Assembly (NCBI RefSeq): GCF_000142905.1
Contig: NW_013657627.1
Location: 66,543-130,339 of the forward strand
Origin: Thecamonas trahens ATCC 50062
Lineage: Eukaryota > Protista > Apusomonadida
Length of the DNA: 63,797 nt
Direction: 5' to 3'
Positions 32,029 to 42,240 of this stretch are shown one piece after another. Made by a program: the position numbers and the translations under genes. Under the pieces are notes generated by a model. The model made no database searches. It worked only from the letters and a program-made list of their open reading frames with translations, and was not told the DNA's origin. Positions within the stretch are counted from its first letter, which is position 1; the number at the start of each line of letters is the position of its first letter.

Positions 32029-34665
32029 ATGTCGCACAGCGGTGGCAAAGGCAGACGAGGCACCAATGAGCTTCTGTCTATGTATGGTGCAGGGGTAAAG
32101 GTATGTGGTAGAGGGGGTGGGGGGGGGATCATGATGATCATGATGGAAGTGATAGAATGGTCGTGGGGCTAGGGGTGGGGTGGCGGTGGGGTGGCGGGTA
32201 ACGGGGGTGGGGAGGGGGAGGCTGAAGTGGGGTGGTTATGGAGATTATGGAGATACAAACTTGATAGTGGGGTAGTCGAGTTTGTGTACCATATGTGGTA
32301 TGGAGCACTTATCTGTGTATGGCTTGGACATAGCAGGAGAGTAAGAACAATATGGCGGTCAACCGCAGCTCCGCCGGTCGTGGTCACCCCGAGTCACGGA
32401 CGGATGATCTTGGGCTGCAGACAGCGGCACACTTGCCAGAGAGCTCTGCGCACGCTTTGCCACGTCCGTCGACCTCGGGCTTGGATTTGTCTTCGGCTTC
32501 GACGACAGTTTCGGCTTCATCACCCTCTGCGTCGACTTCAGTCACGGCATCGGTGTCATCGGTTCTTGCTCTGGCTTCCTCGGTCTTGGACTCGACAGCG
32601 CTGTCTCACGCAGGATCGCTGGAGAGCCTGGAACAGTCGTGGCAGAGTCCCAAAAGTCCGCACTTCCCCCCTCTCAGCCTCTGCACACGCCCCACACGCC
32701 CCACACGCTGTGCACGCTACCAAGCAGCCGATCAACCCGCACGCCCCACACGCTGCACACGCCCCACACGCCCCACACGCTACCAAGCAGCCGATCAACC
32801 CGCACGCTCCACACACCAACAACCCGCACGCCCCACACGCTGCGCACGCCCCACACGCTGCACACACCCCACACGCCCCACACGCTACCAAGCAGCCGAT
32901 CAACCCGCACGCTCCACACGCCAACAACCCGCACGCCCCACACGCTGCACACACCCCACACGCTGTACATGCTACCAAGAAGCCGGTCAATCCGCACGCT
33001 CCACACGCCAAGAACCCACACGCCCTACATCCTGCGCACGCCCCATACGCTGTGCACGCTACCAAGCAGCCAGTCAACCCACACGCCCCACACTCGGCCC
33101 ACACCCCATACGCCAACAACCCACGCGCTCCACACTCGGCCCACGCTGCGATCCGGCCGACATCGCTCGACTCCCGCCTCGCTGCTGCCCGTGTCCAGCG
33201 CCACGCCCTCCGCCACGCCCTCCTGCATGACCACTCGGCAAACTCGGACCCGTTGCACGTCGCGGCTTGCTCGCTCGCGGCCCAGCTGAGCCTCGCCCGC
33301 GAGTATGCCGCCGATGCTACCGATGCCCTTGCCTCGCTGCGTGGCCTTGCGTCGGCGCTGGCGGGCGTCCAGGCCGCTGCCAACATAGTCGACGCCGCTG
33401 TCGCCTCGCGCCCCACGACGCTGGAGCGCAAGGTCGAGCTTGTTGTCGCCCGGCGACTCCTCGACGCTGACATCAAGATCACGGCTGAGCTTGGAACCTA
33501 CGCCGCCTCGCGTCGGACGTTGACCGACGTCAGCGACTCGCTGGCAACAGTGCACGACGTGCTCCGCTTTGTAGCCGAGGACTCGTCGGCGTGGGACTCG
33601 CGCCACAAGCCCAGGACCAAGCCGCGCCGCACTACCCTCAATCTCAAGACAACACGCCGCGATGCCACCGCCAACTCGCTCGATGCTGTCCTCCGTGAGA
33701 CGGTCGACGGCCTCTACGCCAAGGACGCCCGCATGTCCAGCCTCGTTGATCGCATCACCTACGTCCGCTCAGGCCACGCCGAGCTCCCACCGCTCTTTAC
33801 TCCGCTTGTCAATTACGCGCACGCCTCGGAGCTCGACCTGGGCAGCATCCTCGCCCCCCCGCCAGTGCCCGCCGGCGCCGACGCCGACGCCGACCCTACC
33901 CTGCACACCCTCTCGTGGGAACTTTATCGCCTCCTCGACCCATCTGCGCTGCCGGATTCGGCCGAGGGTGGATACCGTGATCTCGACCTTGACAAGCTGG
34001 CCAAGGACTCGCGGTCTGACTCCTCGTCGGACGACGGAGTCGAGTCGTCGTCGTCATCATCGTCGTCGTCGTCGTCGGACGATGGGCCGAGAGAAACGGT
34101 CATGCTCCCTGCTGTCCCATTCGGTGCCGCCCGGGTCCGCTTTGTGGATGCCGACGAGCTCACACCCAAGCCACACAACTCCCACTCCCACAGCCTGCGT
34201 TCCATCCTCAAGTCGACTGCGTCTACTGCAGATGTCGACGTCGACGACAGGAGCAGCGAGTCCAGCGGCTCGCCGCCGGTTGGCTCGCCCGAGTTCTGGA
34301 AGGAGCGCTCGCGCCAGGTCTCGGCCTCCAGCCTCGCTCCCGGCCTCGTTGCGGTTCGTCGCCCAAAGCCGCAGAGCAGGGCGTCGGGCACAGGCACAGC
34401 AACAGGCACAGCTACCGAGTCGGCGTACACCGTCTCGCTCTCCGACGACGACCACACCGCGCCTGCATCACACGCGCGCTCGTCGAGCTGCTCGTCAGAT
34501 CTCGGGCTTCTCGGCGCCGCCTCGTCGTCCGAGTCCTACGCCTGCTCATCGTACTCGGTCTCGTCCGAGCTCCCGCCAGGCTCGCCGCCGAAGCCGCCCA
34601 AGACGCGGGCAAAGGTCCGGCGCAAGGTCCGCGTCCGACCCAAGCTCACCGCCGCAAAGAACTGA
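32029..34665 (+). CDS. Hypothetical protein with Ser-rich N-terminus, His/Ala/Pro tandem repeats, helical core and Ser-rich tail; intron 32101-32336 and probable frameshift near 32668
   Basis: GTATGT donor at 32101 and CAG at 32336 join MSHSGG...GVK to ESKNNMAVNR. That frame appears to switch to the long 32191..34665 frame at a C6 run. The 5' model is uncertain. Confidence 0.6.
32683..33146 (+). repeat. Coding tandem repeat (HAPHAPHATKQPINP-like; 9-bp CACGCCCCA/CACGCTGCA modules)
   Basis: Five copies of HATK(Q/K)P(I/V)NP separated by HAP/HAA/HTP triplets. Confidence 0.9.
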
Positions 34666-34694
34666 GCTCGAGCCTCGCACCGTACGCATGCTGC

Positions 34695-36191
34695 TCAGAA
34701 AGTCGGGATCTTGGCCGGCGTCTGCGGCAGGCAAAAGTTGTAAAAGGCGTCGGCCTTGAACAGTGACGCGTCCTTCCACCCCACCCATCCCTTCTTGCGA
34801 ACAGTGCCCGCATTCTCCTGTCCCGAGTAGTGCGGGTCAAGGATGAGGAACTTGGCTTCGCCACCACTGGCTGGCACCGCCACTCCGAGCAATGTGTACG
34901 CGAGCACCCCGCCGCCGATCATGACCGGCGAGCCATGCTGGGCAAAGTGCGCCATCAGCGGCTCCACGTAGTCCAGCACATGCGCGCCCGACGGCACAGA
35001 CAAGATCTTGTACACCACTCCGTAGTGCGCTGTCAGCACTGTGCCGACTTCCATCGAGCCGATCCACTGCGACGAGCCGATGAACTCGGCCTCGCGCCCG
35101 CCAGCCGCCACAATCACCTCCTGGATCTCACGGATCGAGAGCACTCGCGCTTGCGTGTAGCTGTTGAGCACAAGCCAGGATGCGAGCGTCTGCAGCGAGC
35201 GATAGGCGCAGCCCCACCCAGCGTCGTTGACTCGCCCGACCCCGTAGTGAAAGTAAGCCAGCGATCCGTCGACACAGGCAACCTCAGTGCCCTTAGGTGC
35301 CCGGACGCCGGTGTGGACGTCCACAAGCACCTGAGAGATGTCCGCGTCGCGCGGGAGCTCATCCGATGGTCCTGCGCCGTCGTCGAGCCCCGCAACAAGC
35401 GGGCTCCCTGACGCCGTCATCGCGTGTGCAACATCAAACATTCGCGACGTGAGCGGAAGTCCTAAGAGCTCGTGCGCCGCCCGCCGCCGCGCCACCTCGC
35501 CCGGGTCCTGGCTCTCGCGGGCGAGCACCCGCCTCGCAACCTGGGCCGAGACCGAGAGCTGGCCCATGCAATCCGCGCTGGCTCCGGGCACAGCCATCTC
35601 CATCGCCACCGGGTAGTCCAGGCCTGTCACCGCAGGCGAAAAGTGCGCAAGCACCGCACCCGGTCGAGGCATCCGCTCCGCCAGCGCTGGCAGCAGCACC
35701 TCTGCCGACCAGTCCGCCACCGAGATGCCGTGCTTGGGCGCGACAGCGAGAACCGACCACGGCAATCGAGCCTCGTCGCCCAGCATATCCGGCAGCAGAC
35801 TCGGAGCAACTCCGATCGTATGAGGCATGACCGCGTTGAGCGCCTCGGCATCAACCACCAGCACAGCGTCCAACACCAGCTGACTCTCATCATCATCGCC
35901 ATCACTCAGGCCGAGCGCATCGGCCCAATCCTCATCCGTTCGGAGAGAGACGACAGAGCCAGTCGATGCCGGAAATAGAGCAGTGAGACCAAGATGATGA
36001 TCGAGCGCAGCGAGTAGGCATTGGCCATGGATGGGCGGAACAATGACAGCCATGACGATCGACGACGAGTCCGACACCACCTCTGGCCACCTCGTCCAGT
36101 TGCTCAACTTGGTCGACCTCGTACTCTCTGCAGTCATCGAGTTGGAGAATGCAAATCCAATGGGTGGATAGGTGGTGTACCTGGCTGCCAT
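34695..36191 (-). CDS. UFSP2: UFM1-specific cysteine protease (peptidase C78), UFSP2-like
   Basis: YFHY, DAGWGCAYRSLQTLASW, FIGSSQWIGSME, SPVMIGGGVLAYT, LILDPHY, GWVGWK, FYNFCLPQ. Start at MAARY assumed; an assembly gap lies upstream. Confidence 0.88.
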   Translation of the reverse strand: MAARYTTYPPIGFAFSNSMTAESTRSTKLSNWTRWPEVVSDSSSIVMAVIVPPIHGQCLLAALDHHLGLTALFPASTGSVVSLRTDEDWADALGLSDGDDDESQLVLDAVLVVDAEALNAVMPHTIGVAPSLLPDMLGDEARLPWSVLAVAPKHGISVADWSAEVLLPALAERMPRPGAVLAHFSPAVTGLDYPVAMEMAVPGASADCMGQLSVSAQVARRVLARESQDPGEVARRRAAHELLGLPLTSRMFDVAHAMTASGSPLVAGLDDGAGPSDELPRDADISQVLVDVHTGVRAPKGTEVACVDGSLAYFHYGVGRVNDAGWGCAYRSLQTLASWLVLNSYTQARVLSIREIQEVIVAAGGREAEFIGSSQWIGSMEVGTVLTAHYGVVYKILSVPSGAHVLDYVEPLMAHFAQHGSPVMIGGGVLAYTLLGVAVPASGGEAKFLILDPHYSGQENAGTVRKKGWVGWKDASLFKADAFYNFCLPQTPAKIPTF

Positions 36192-36322
36192 GGTCGTGAG
36201 TTTGGGAGAGGTGCGGCCCATGGGTCGAGTGTGGCACCGTCTGTGCCGAGGCGTGCGTCCAGAGCTCGCTTGGGTGGGGGGGGGGGGGGGGAGGGGGGGG
36301 GCCCACTCCGCGGCGAGGGCGA

Positions 36323-37072
36323 NNNNNNNNNNNNNNNNNNNNNNNNNNNNNNNNNNNNNNNNNNNNNNNNNNNNNNNNNNNNNNNNNNNNNNNNNNNNNN
36401 NNNNNNNNNNNNNNNNNNNNNNNNNNNNNNNNNNNNNNNNNNNNNNNNNNNNNNNNNNNNNNNNNNNNNNNNNNNNNNNNNNNNNNNNNNNNNNNNNNNN
36501 NNNNNNNNNNNNNNNNNNNNNNNNNNNNNNNNNNNNNNNNNNNNNNNNNNNNNNNNNNNNNNNNNNNNNNNNNNNNNNNNNNNNNNNNNNNNNNNNNNNN
36601 NNNNNNNNNNNNNNNNNNNNNNNNNNNNNNNNNNNNNNNNNNNNNNNNNNNNNNNNNNNNNNNNNNNNNNNNNNNNNNNNNNNNNNNNNNNNNNNNNNNN
36701 NNNNNNNNNNNNNNNNNNNNNNNNNNNNNNNNNNNNNNNNNNNNNNNNNNNNNNNNNNNNNNNNNNNNNNNNNNNNNNNNNNNNNNNNNNNNNNNNNNNN
36801 NNNNNNNNNNNNNNNNNNNNNNNNNNNNNNNNNNNNNNNNNNNNNNNNNNNNNNNNNNNNNNNNNNNNNNNNNNNNNNNNNNNNNNNNNNNNNNNNNNNN
36901 NNNNNNNNNNNNNNNNNNNNNNNNNNNNNNNNNNNNNNNNNNNNNNNNNNNNNNNNNNNNNNNNNNNNNNNNNNNNNNNNNNNNNNNNNNNNNNNNNNNN
37001 NNNNNNNNNNNNNNNNNNNNNNNNNNNNNNNNNNNNNNNNNNNNNNNNNNNNNNNNNNNNNNNNNNNNNNNN
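36323..37072. other. Assembly gap (N run)
   Basis: Run of N. Confidence 1.
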
Positions 37073-37391
37073 CACCCCCCACCCCCACACACCTCTGATC
37101 TCATCCATCTCTCACCCCCGCATCCCCTACACACACCCTATTTCATTCCCATTCCCATCGCCCCGTCCCAACCCCCCATCCCCCCAACCCCCCAACCCCA
37201 TCCCCACACCCCCTCCCTCCCTCCCTCCCTTCCCCTGCTCGCACCGCAAGATCCCATCTTGACTCGGCGACTCGGCGACCACACTTGGGCGAGAGGGCCA
37301 AGACCAGAGGCAGGAGGGGGAGAGGCGGGCAAGAAGGCACCTCACTCAAGAGTAGACAAGGCAAGGGGAGGAGAGCAGGTGGAAGCAGGCG

Positions 37392-38480
37392 ATGTCGTTC
37401 GGACAGGTTGTGATTGGCCCGCCTGGGTGCGGCAAGACGACATACTGTGCAGGCGTGGAGCAGTTTCTCAACTCGTCGGGACGAGTGACCATTGTGGTCA
37501 ATCTTGATCCGGCCAACTTTACCATGGCATACACACCCGCTGTGGACATTGCTGAACTTGTGCAACTTGATGTAGTTATGGAAGAAGAAGGCCTTGGTCC
37601 CAATGGTGGTCTCATCTACTGCATCGAGTACTTGGAGGCCAATCTGGATTGGTTGGAGGAGAAGCTGGCAGAGGCCATCCGATCGGCAGAGGCTGCCGCT
37701 GCTGCTGCTGCTGCAGAGGCCATGGCTGATCCTACAGCCATGCTTCAGAACATGGCTTCGGTAGAGGCGGGTACTTCGGCTGGCGCTGCTCTCAAGCCGT
37801 ATGTGCTGTTTGATTGCCCGGGGCAAGTCGAGCTCTACACTCACAATCAGTCGATGCGCAACATCCTCGCCACCCTCACCCAGGGCTGGAACATGCGACT
37901 GTGCGCCGTTCACCTGGTTGATGCTGCATACTGCACCGATCCATCAAAGTACATCTCCGTCCTCCTCACCTCGCTCGCCACAATGGTCCAGCTCGAGCTC
38001 CCGCACGTCAACGTCCTCTCAAAGATGGACCTCATCGAGTCGCTCGGCAAGCTCGACTTTAACCTCGAGTTCTACCTCGACGTCCTCAATCTCGAGTACC
38101 TCGTTGATCTTATCGACGAGCGCGAAGGCCAGGCCTCAAAGTACCGCGCCCTCACCTCGGCCCTCGCCGACCTTGTCTCCGGCTTTGGCCTCGTCGCCTT
38201 TGTCCCGCTCAACATCTCCGACGCCGCCTCGGTTGGCACCGTTCTCAAGGTCGTCGACAAGGCCAACGGATATGTCTTTGGCGGCCTTGAGCGGAGCAAC
38301 GATGGCATCTTTGGCGTCGCCGCCTCGCCGCTCTACCGCTCCGAGTACGAGCGCACAACACTCGAGCTGGAGAAGGCCCGCGCGACTGCGGGCGTCGTCG
38401 ACGACGACGAGGCCGAAATCGCCGCTCTCCTCGCCTCCTACGCCGCCGAAAAAGGTTCACCGCCGCCGGCAAGCGAGTAA
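37392..38480 (+). CDS. GPN2: GPN-loop GTPase 2
   Basis: FGQVVIGPPGCGKTTYC, VNLDPAN, LGPNGGLIYCIEYL, FDCPGQVELYTH, LPHVNVLSKMDL, DKANGY. Confidence 0.93.
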   Translation: MSFGQVVIGPPGCGKTTYCAGVEQFLNSSGRVTIVVNLDPANFTMAYTPAVDIAELVQLDVVMEEEGLGPNGGLIYCIEYLEANLDWLEEKLAEAIRSAEAAAAAAAAEAMADPTAMLQNMASVEAGTSAGAALKPYVLFDCPGQVELYTHNQSMRNILATLTQGWNMRLCAVHLVDAAYCTDPSKYISVLLTSLATMVQLELPHVNVLSKMDLIESLGKLDFNLEFYLDVLNLEYLVDLIDEREGQASKYRALTSALADLVSGFGLVAFVPLNISDAASVGTVLKVVDKANGYVFGGLERSNDGIFGVAASPLYRSEYERTTLELEKARATAGVVDDDEAEIAALLASYAAEKGSPPPASE

Positions 38481-38518
38481 AAGCCAACAACCTCCACTCA
38501 CTCCGCGTTCTCTTTTAC

Positions 38519-39651
38519 TCATCCTCCCCGCAGCGGCCGGTTGCGTTTGGCCGGCGGTCCGGCCTCATCGCTGCGGATCGACACCATGTCGCCGTTGACC
38601 GTCACCGCTGGCACCGCCGACGGCCCGGCCTCCTCCTTCTCCAGCAGCATCGCGTCTAGCGATCGCTTGCGCGTCGCCCCGGCCTCGGAGCAGTGCAGCG
38701 ATCCGAGCGAGTCCTCCAGCGTCTGCACCGGCGACGACGCCCGCAACCGACCGCCAGCCACATCCATCTCCACACCACTCTCGTCATCAGCACCGTCGCC
38801 ATCACGTCCGCCGCCTCCGACCGCTCCCATACGCGGAGTGCCCGAGAGCTCCAGCTGGCCAGCTTCAGCGCTTCCCAGCTCGCTCGCCGACTCGATGGCC
38901 GCAAACGACGGTGCCGCAGATCGCATCGCCATCAGCTGGGCCACCAGCGCTGGCGTGTCGATCGAGTTGGTCTGTCCGAGATCATCAGCGAGCTGCTGCG
39001 ATGTTGTTGCTGGTGCCAATGATGATGCTTGTTGTTGCTGATGATGATGATGCTGAGCGACAAAGTCAAGAACCTCGCCAACAGCGGCGAGGTATCCAGT
39101 CCGGAAAGCAGTCTCATGCTGGTTGAGCGAGCATCGGTAGAACGATGCTGTGCCCGCCAGTGCCCCCCCCCCCCCCCCCCCGGGGCCCCACGGTGGGCAT
39201 CATCCCGAGCAGGTGGTTCAGGAAAAGGTCGTACAATGGCGAGATGGGCCAAGTCGCCGACAGAGGCGGTACCGGCGCAGCATACAGCCACAGGCATGAC
39301 AAGGAGCGAGAAAAGTGGGCGTAGTGGTAGAACAGATCATGGTGAGTTGTGCAAGGTGTGCGGCTTGTGTGTATGGTATGTACATGGCGAGTTGGTGCCC
39401 TCGGAAGGGATAGGAGCGTGGTGTTCCATCGGCAATGATCACGCCGCCGATCGCCACCACCGGGTGATCACAGCCTCACCGCCCACCTTCCCCTCCCGCC
39501 CCCCGCCCCCCCCACACACACATGCTCATAATCACCCTCCTGCACACCCATAGAATCCATTTCTCACAACATGCAACTACATACCTAGTGCATTGGCAGA
39601 CTCGGTAAACTGCGCCTGTATCTGAGCCTGAGCCCGGGCAAACGCATCCAT
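38519..39651 (-). CDS. HAPSTR1/C16orf72 (DUF4588)-like protein; 2 exons
   Basis: Exons 39651-39585 and 39147-38519 (GTATGT...ACAG) give QFTESANALASFYRCSLNQHETAFRTGYLAAVGEVLDFV, plus a C-terminal RKRS...PPAKRNR NLS-like motif. Confidence 0.68.
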
Positions 39652-39841
39652 GGTCAAGGAGTCAGATGTGACCGAGTGTGTCTTCACAAGCTGCGATGGC
39701 TGTAGCTGACTGAGTCTCGCCGGCGAGGGCAAGCACACACTCACTCTGGGCATAAGTTTAGGGCATCGAGATCGATGATGCCTGCTCAGATGGGGAGGTG
39801 AGTTCATCTCGACTGCCCAGAGAAAGGGTAGAGGCCGACGA

Positions 39842-41079
39842 TCACGACGATGACGATGACGACGATGACAGTAGGCCAGGGGGAGGCGGAATGGCCGGCA
39901 GGGGCTTGCCCGGCTCGACGCCGGCGAGCGGGATGTACGCAGCGACCTCACCCATGATGTCGGCGAGGCGGGAGTCGCGAAGCTTGCGGCGCTTGGCGGC
40001 GCGCTGCTCGCGGCGGGCGGCAATGGCAGCCTTGACCTCGGGCGTCTGAGGGACCCGGAGGGCGAGTGCTTTTGCCTCAGCGCGGACTTGGGCGGCAACC
40101 GACGCGTGGGTCACCCGCACCGCTGCGGCAGCCGTCAGATACACGCCGTCCGACTCGTCGCAGATGTCCGAGTCTGACACGTCCGACGACGGAAGGCACC
40201 AGAGATCCCCGCCGTCAGCGGCGGTGAACCGCATAGCCATCAGCTTGTCGTACGCCTCGAGGATGTTGGCCATGTCGACCGCCGCTTCGTTGTCGCGGAT
40301 CTCACGCCGGGAAATCGACGGGGCCTGGCTCGCCATGACCACCGACGCAAACCGCCGCCGCGACTCGGCCGACATCGACGAAGACGATGATGACGAGGAA
40401 GAGGAGGACGAGGACGATCCTGAGCCTGAGCCCGCTCTTGCTCCAGCTTTCGGGGATCCTGGCTTTGCTGGCGACGCCGGACTCTTCTCATCGCCCGGTG
40501 CGCCAGCGTCATCGCCCTTGCGCTTGATCCAGGCCGCAGCCGAGAACGGGAGCTGCTGCGGGCGCGAACGCTTGCGCGAGCGGCCGCTCTTGAACCTCGG
40601 CCTTGGTGTGGGAGTACCTGGCACAACACGAGCACGAGCCATGATTAGAGCCATATCTTGGGCCGATACCACGCCTTGCTGCAACGTAGCTAGATGCTTG
40701 GCCTTGTTCGAGCTCGCAGTCTTGCTCATCATCATTGACTTCTTGATCGAGTACGTAGCGCGGGCGAGCTGAGCCCAAGCAGCAACCTCATCATCCGAAC
40801 TCGAGCCACCATCCCAATCCTCAGCATCAGCATGAGCCTCTATCGCCATCATCACGGTATCCATCTCTGACTCGGACGAACTACTTGCGTCTCCAGCTCC
40901 CTCCTGGCCACCACCACGGCCATTGTCACCTCCTTCTTCCACAAGGCTCACTTCAGATGGCTTGACTTTCCGCACTCGGTGTCTCTGTTGGCCCTTCTTG
41001 CCCCGTCCGCCCTTCATGTCTCCACTGCCAACCTCGGCAAGTGCACTGTGCCCTCGTCTGGTGGGATGGCTCCGGCTCA
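39842..41079 (-). CDS. Hypothetical low-complexity, basic (possibly nuclear) protein
   Basis: ORF of ~410-440 aa with Ser runs and Lys/Arg clusters. No family recognised; start uncertain. Confidence 0.6.
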
Positions 41080-41250
41080 TTCGACTCGCAGCCAAACGAG
41101 GCCGGGCACCTGATCGCTGCGATTCCGGGAAGGAGGGGGGGGGAGAGGCTGGAGCTGGGGACAACTTTGAGGACTATTCAATCCTCAAGATACGAGGCGT
41201 AGGGGAGGAAGGGGGTCTTCATGGTGGTACCCGCCACTGCGAGGCGGAGA

Positions 41251-42156
41251 TCAAGGCGCGAGCAGGAGCCCGCGGAGCTGCTCCAACTCGTGCTCGCGAT
41301 CGGCAGACGCATCAAAGTCATCCCAGTCACAGCCGATCCACCCTGGATGGGTCATGATCTCGATGAGCTTCTTGCCGGGTGTAGGATTGCCGCGTGCGCC
41401 CAGGCTATCAAGCTTGGCGGTGGTGAGTGCGCAGCCCATAAAGGCCATGCCCGCAAAGCCATCGGCTTGCCACAGCTCGACCTCGCGCGCTAATGGCCAT
41501 ATCGCAAGCGTGGCGGTAGCCAAGTGAGCCACACGGGCGCAGAACGGCGAGAGCTCGCCCGGCGCAGCCTCGGTCGGAACGCGGATCCGGATGGCCGCAC
41601 CAGCCCAGAGCTCGGGCTTGGCGGCTGCGAGGCGGTCGAGCGCTGCCACAATAGCGCGGGCAACGGCAGGAATAACATGGACATGCTGATGGCCGTCAAT
41701 GTGGGCCGGGATTCGCCCGGCCAGAGAGACAAAGGCCTCCAGCTGGGCCACAATCTCGTTGACAAGGGCGTCGACGTCGACGTCCTCGCCCGCCATCAGC
41801 GCTTCCCACGCCTTGGTCCTACCGACAAACCACCACTCTGCGCTCGCACCAGCCCGCTCCGCCAGCCATGGCTGTGGCGGATGAGGGCCTGCACCCACCA
41901 CCGGCGCAAGCCTGGCGGCCTCGGCCCCAACCAGCGCCGGCCGGCCCTCGGTCAGGTTGAGGTGGAGGCCGAGGGCGACGTCTGTGTCGGCCACTGCGTC
42001 GACGCCTCTCGCGGCATGCGGACAAGTAACCAGCAACGATGCAGCATCAATCGCACCTGCACTTGCAAGTTCAGCAATACCAGCGTTCCGACCTCGAGAG
42101 ACGCCTAGATCATCAGCCACAATCCAGAGCATGGGGAGCGAGGAGGAGACCGACAT
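41251..42156 (-). CDS. YDJC: YdjC/ChbG-family carbohydrate deacetylase
   Basis: IVADDLG...RNAGI, LGLHLNLTEG, HIDGHQHVH, EIMTHPG, REHEL. Confidence 0.92.
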   Translation of the reverse strand: MSVSSSLPMLWIVADDLGVSRGRNAGIAELASAGAIDAASLLVTCPHAARGVDAVADTDVALGLHLNLTEGRPALVGAEAARLAPVVGAGPHPPQPWLAERAGASAEWWFVGRTKAWEALMAGEDVDVDALVNEIVAQLEAFVSLAGRIPAHIDGHQHVHVIPAVARAIVAALDRLAAAKPELWAGAAIRIRVPTEAAPGELSPFCARVAHLATATLAIWPLAREVELWQADGFAGMAFMGCALTTAKLDSLGARGNPTPGKKLIEIMTHPGWIGCDWDDFDASADREHELEQLRGLLLAP

Positions 42157-42240
42157 TCACCGGAGCGTCGATTCTTTGACTCAAAAATTGTATCTCTGTC
42201 TGCCAGAGTCGTTGCCAAAACGGGAACGAACGAATTGAAA

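Noticed and set aside
36021-37262. ORFs spanning the 750-nt N gap
   Set aside because: Artefacts of translating N
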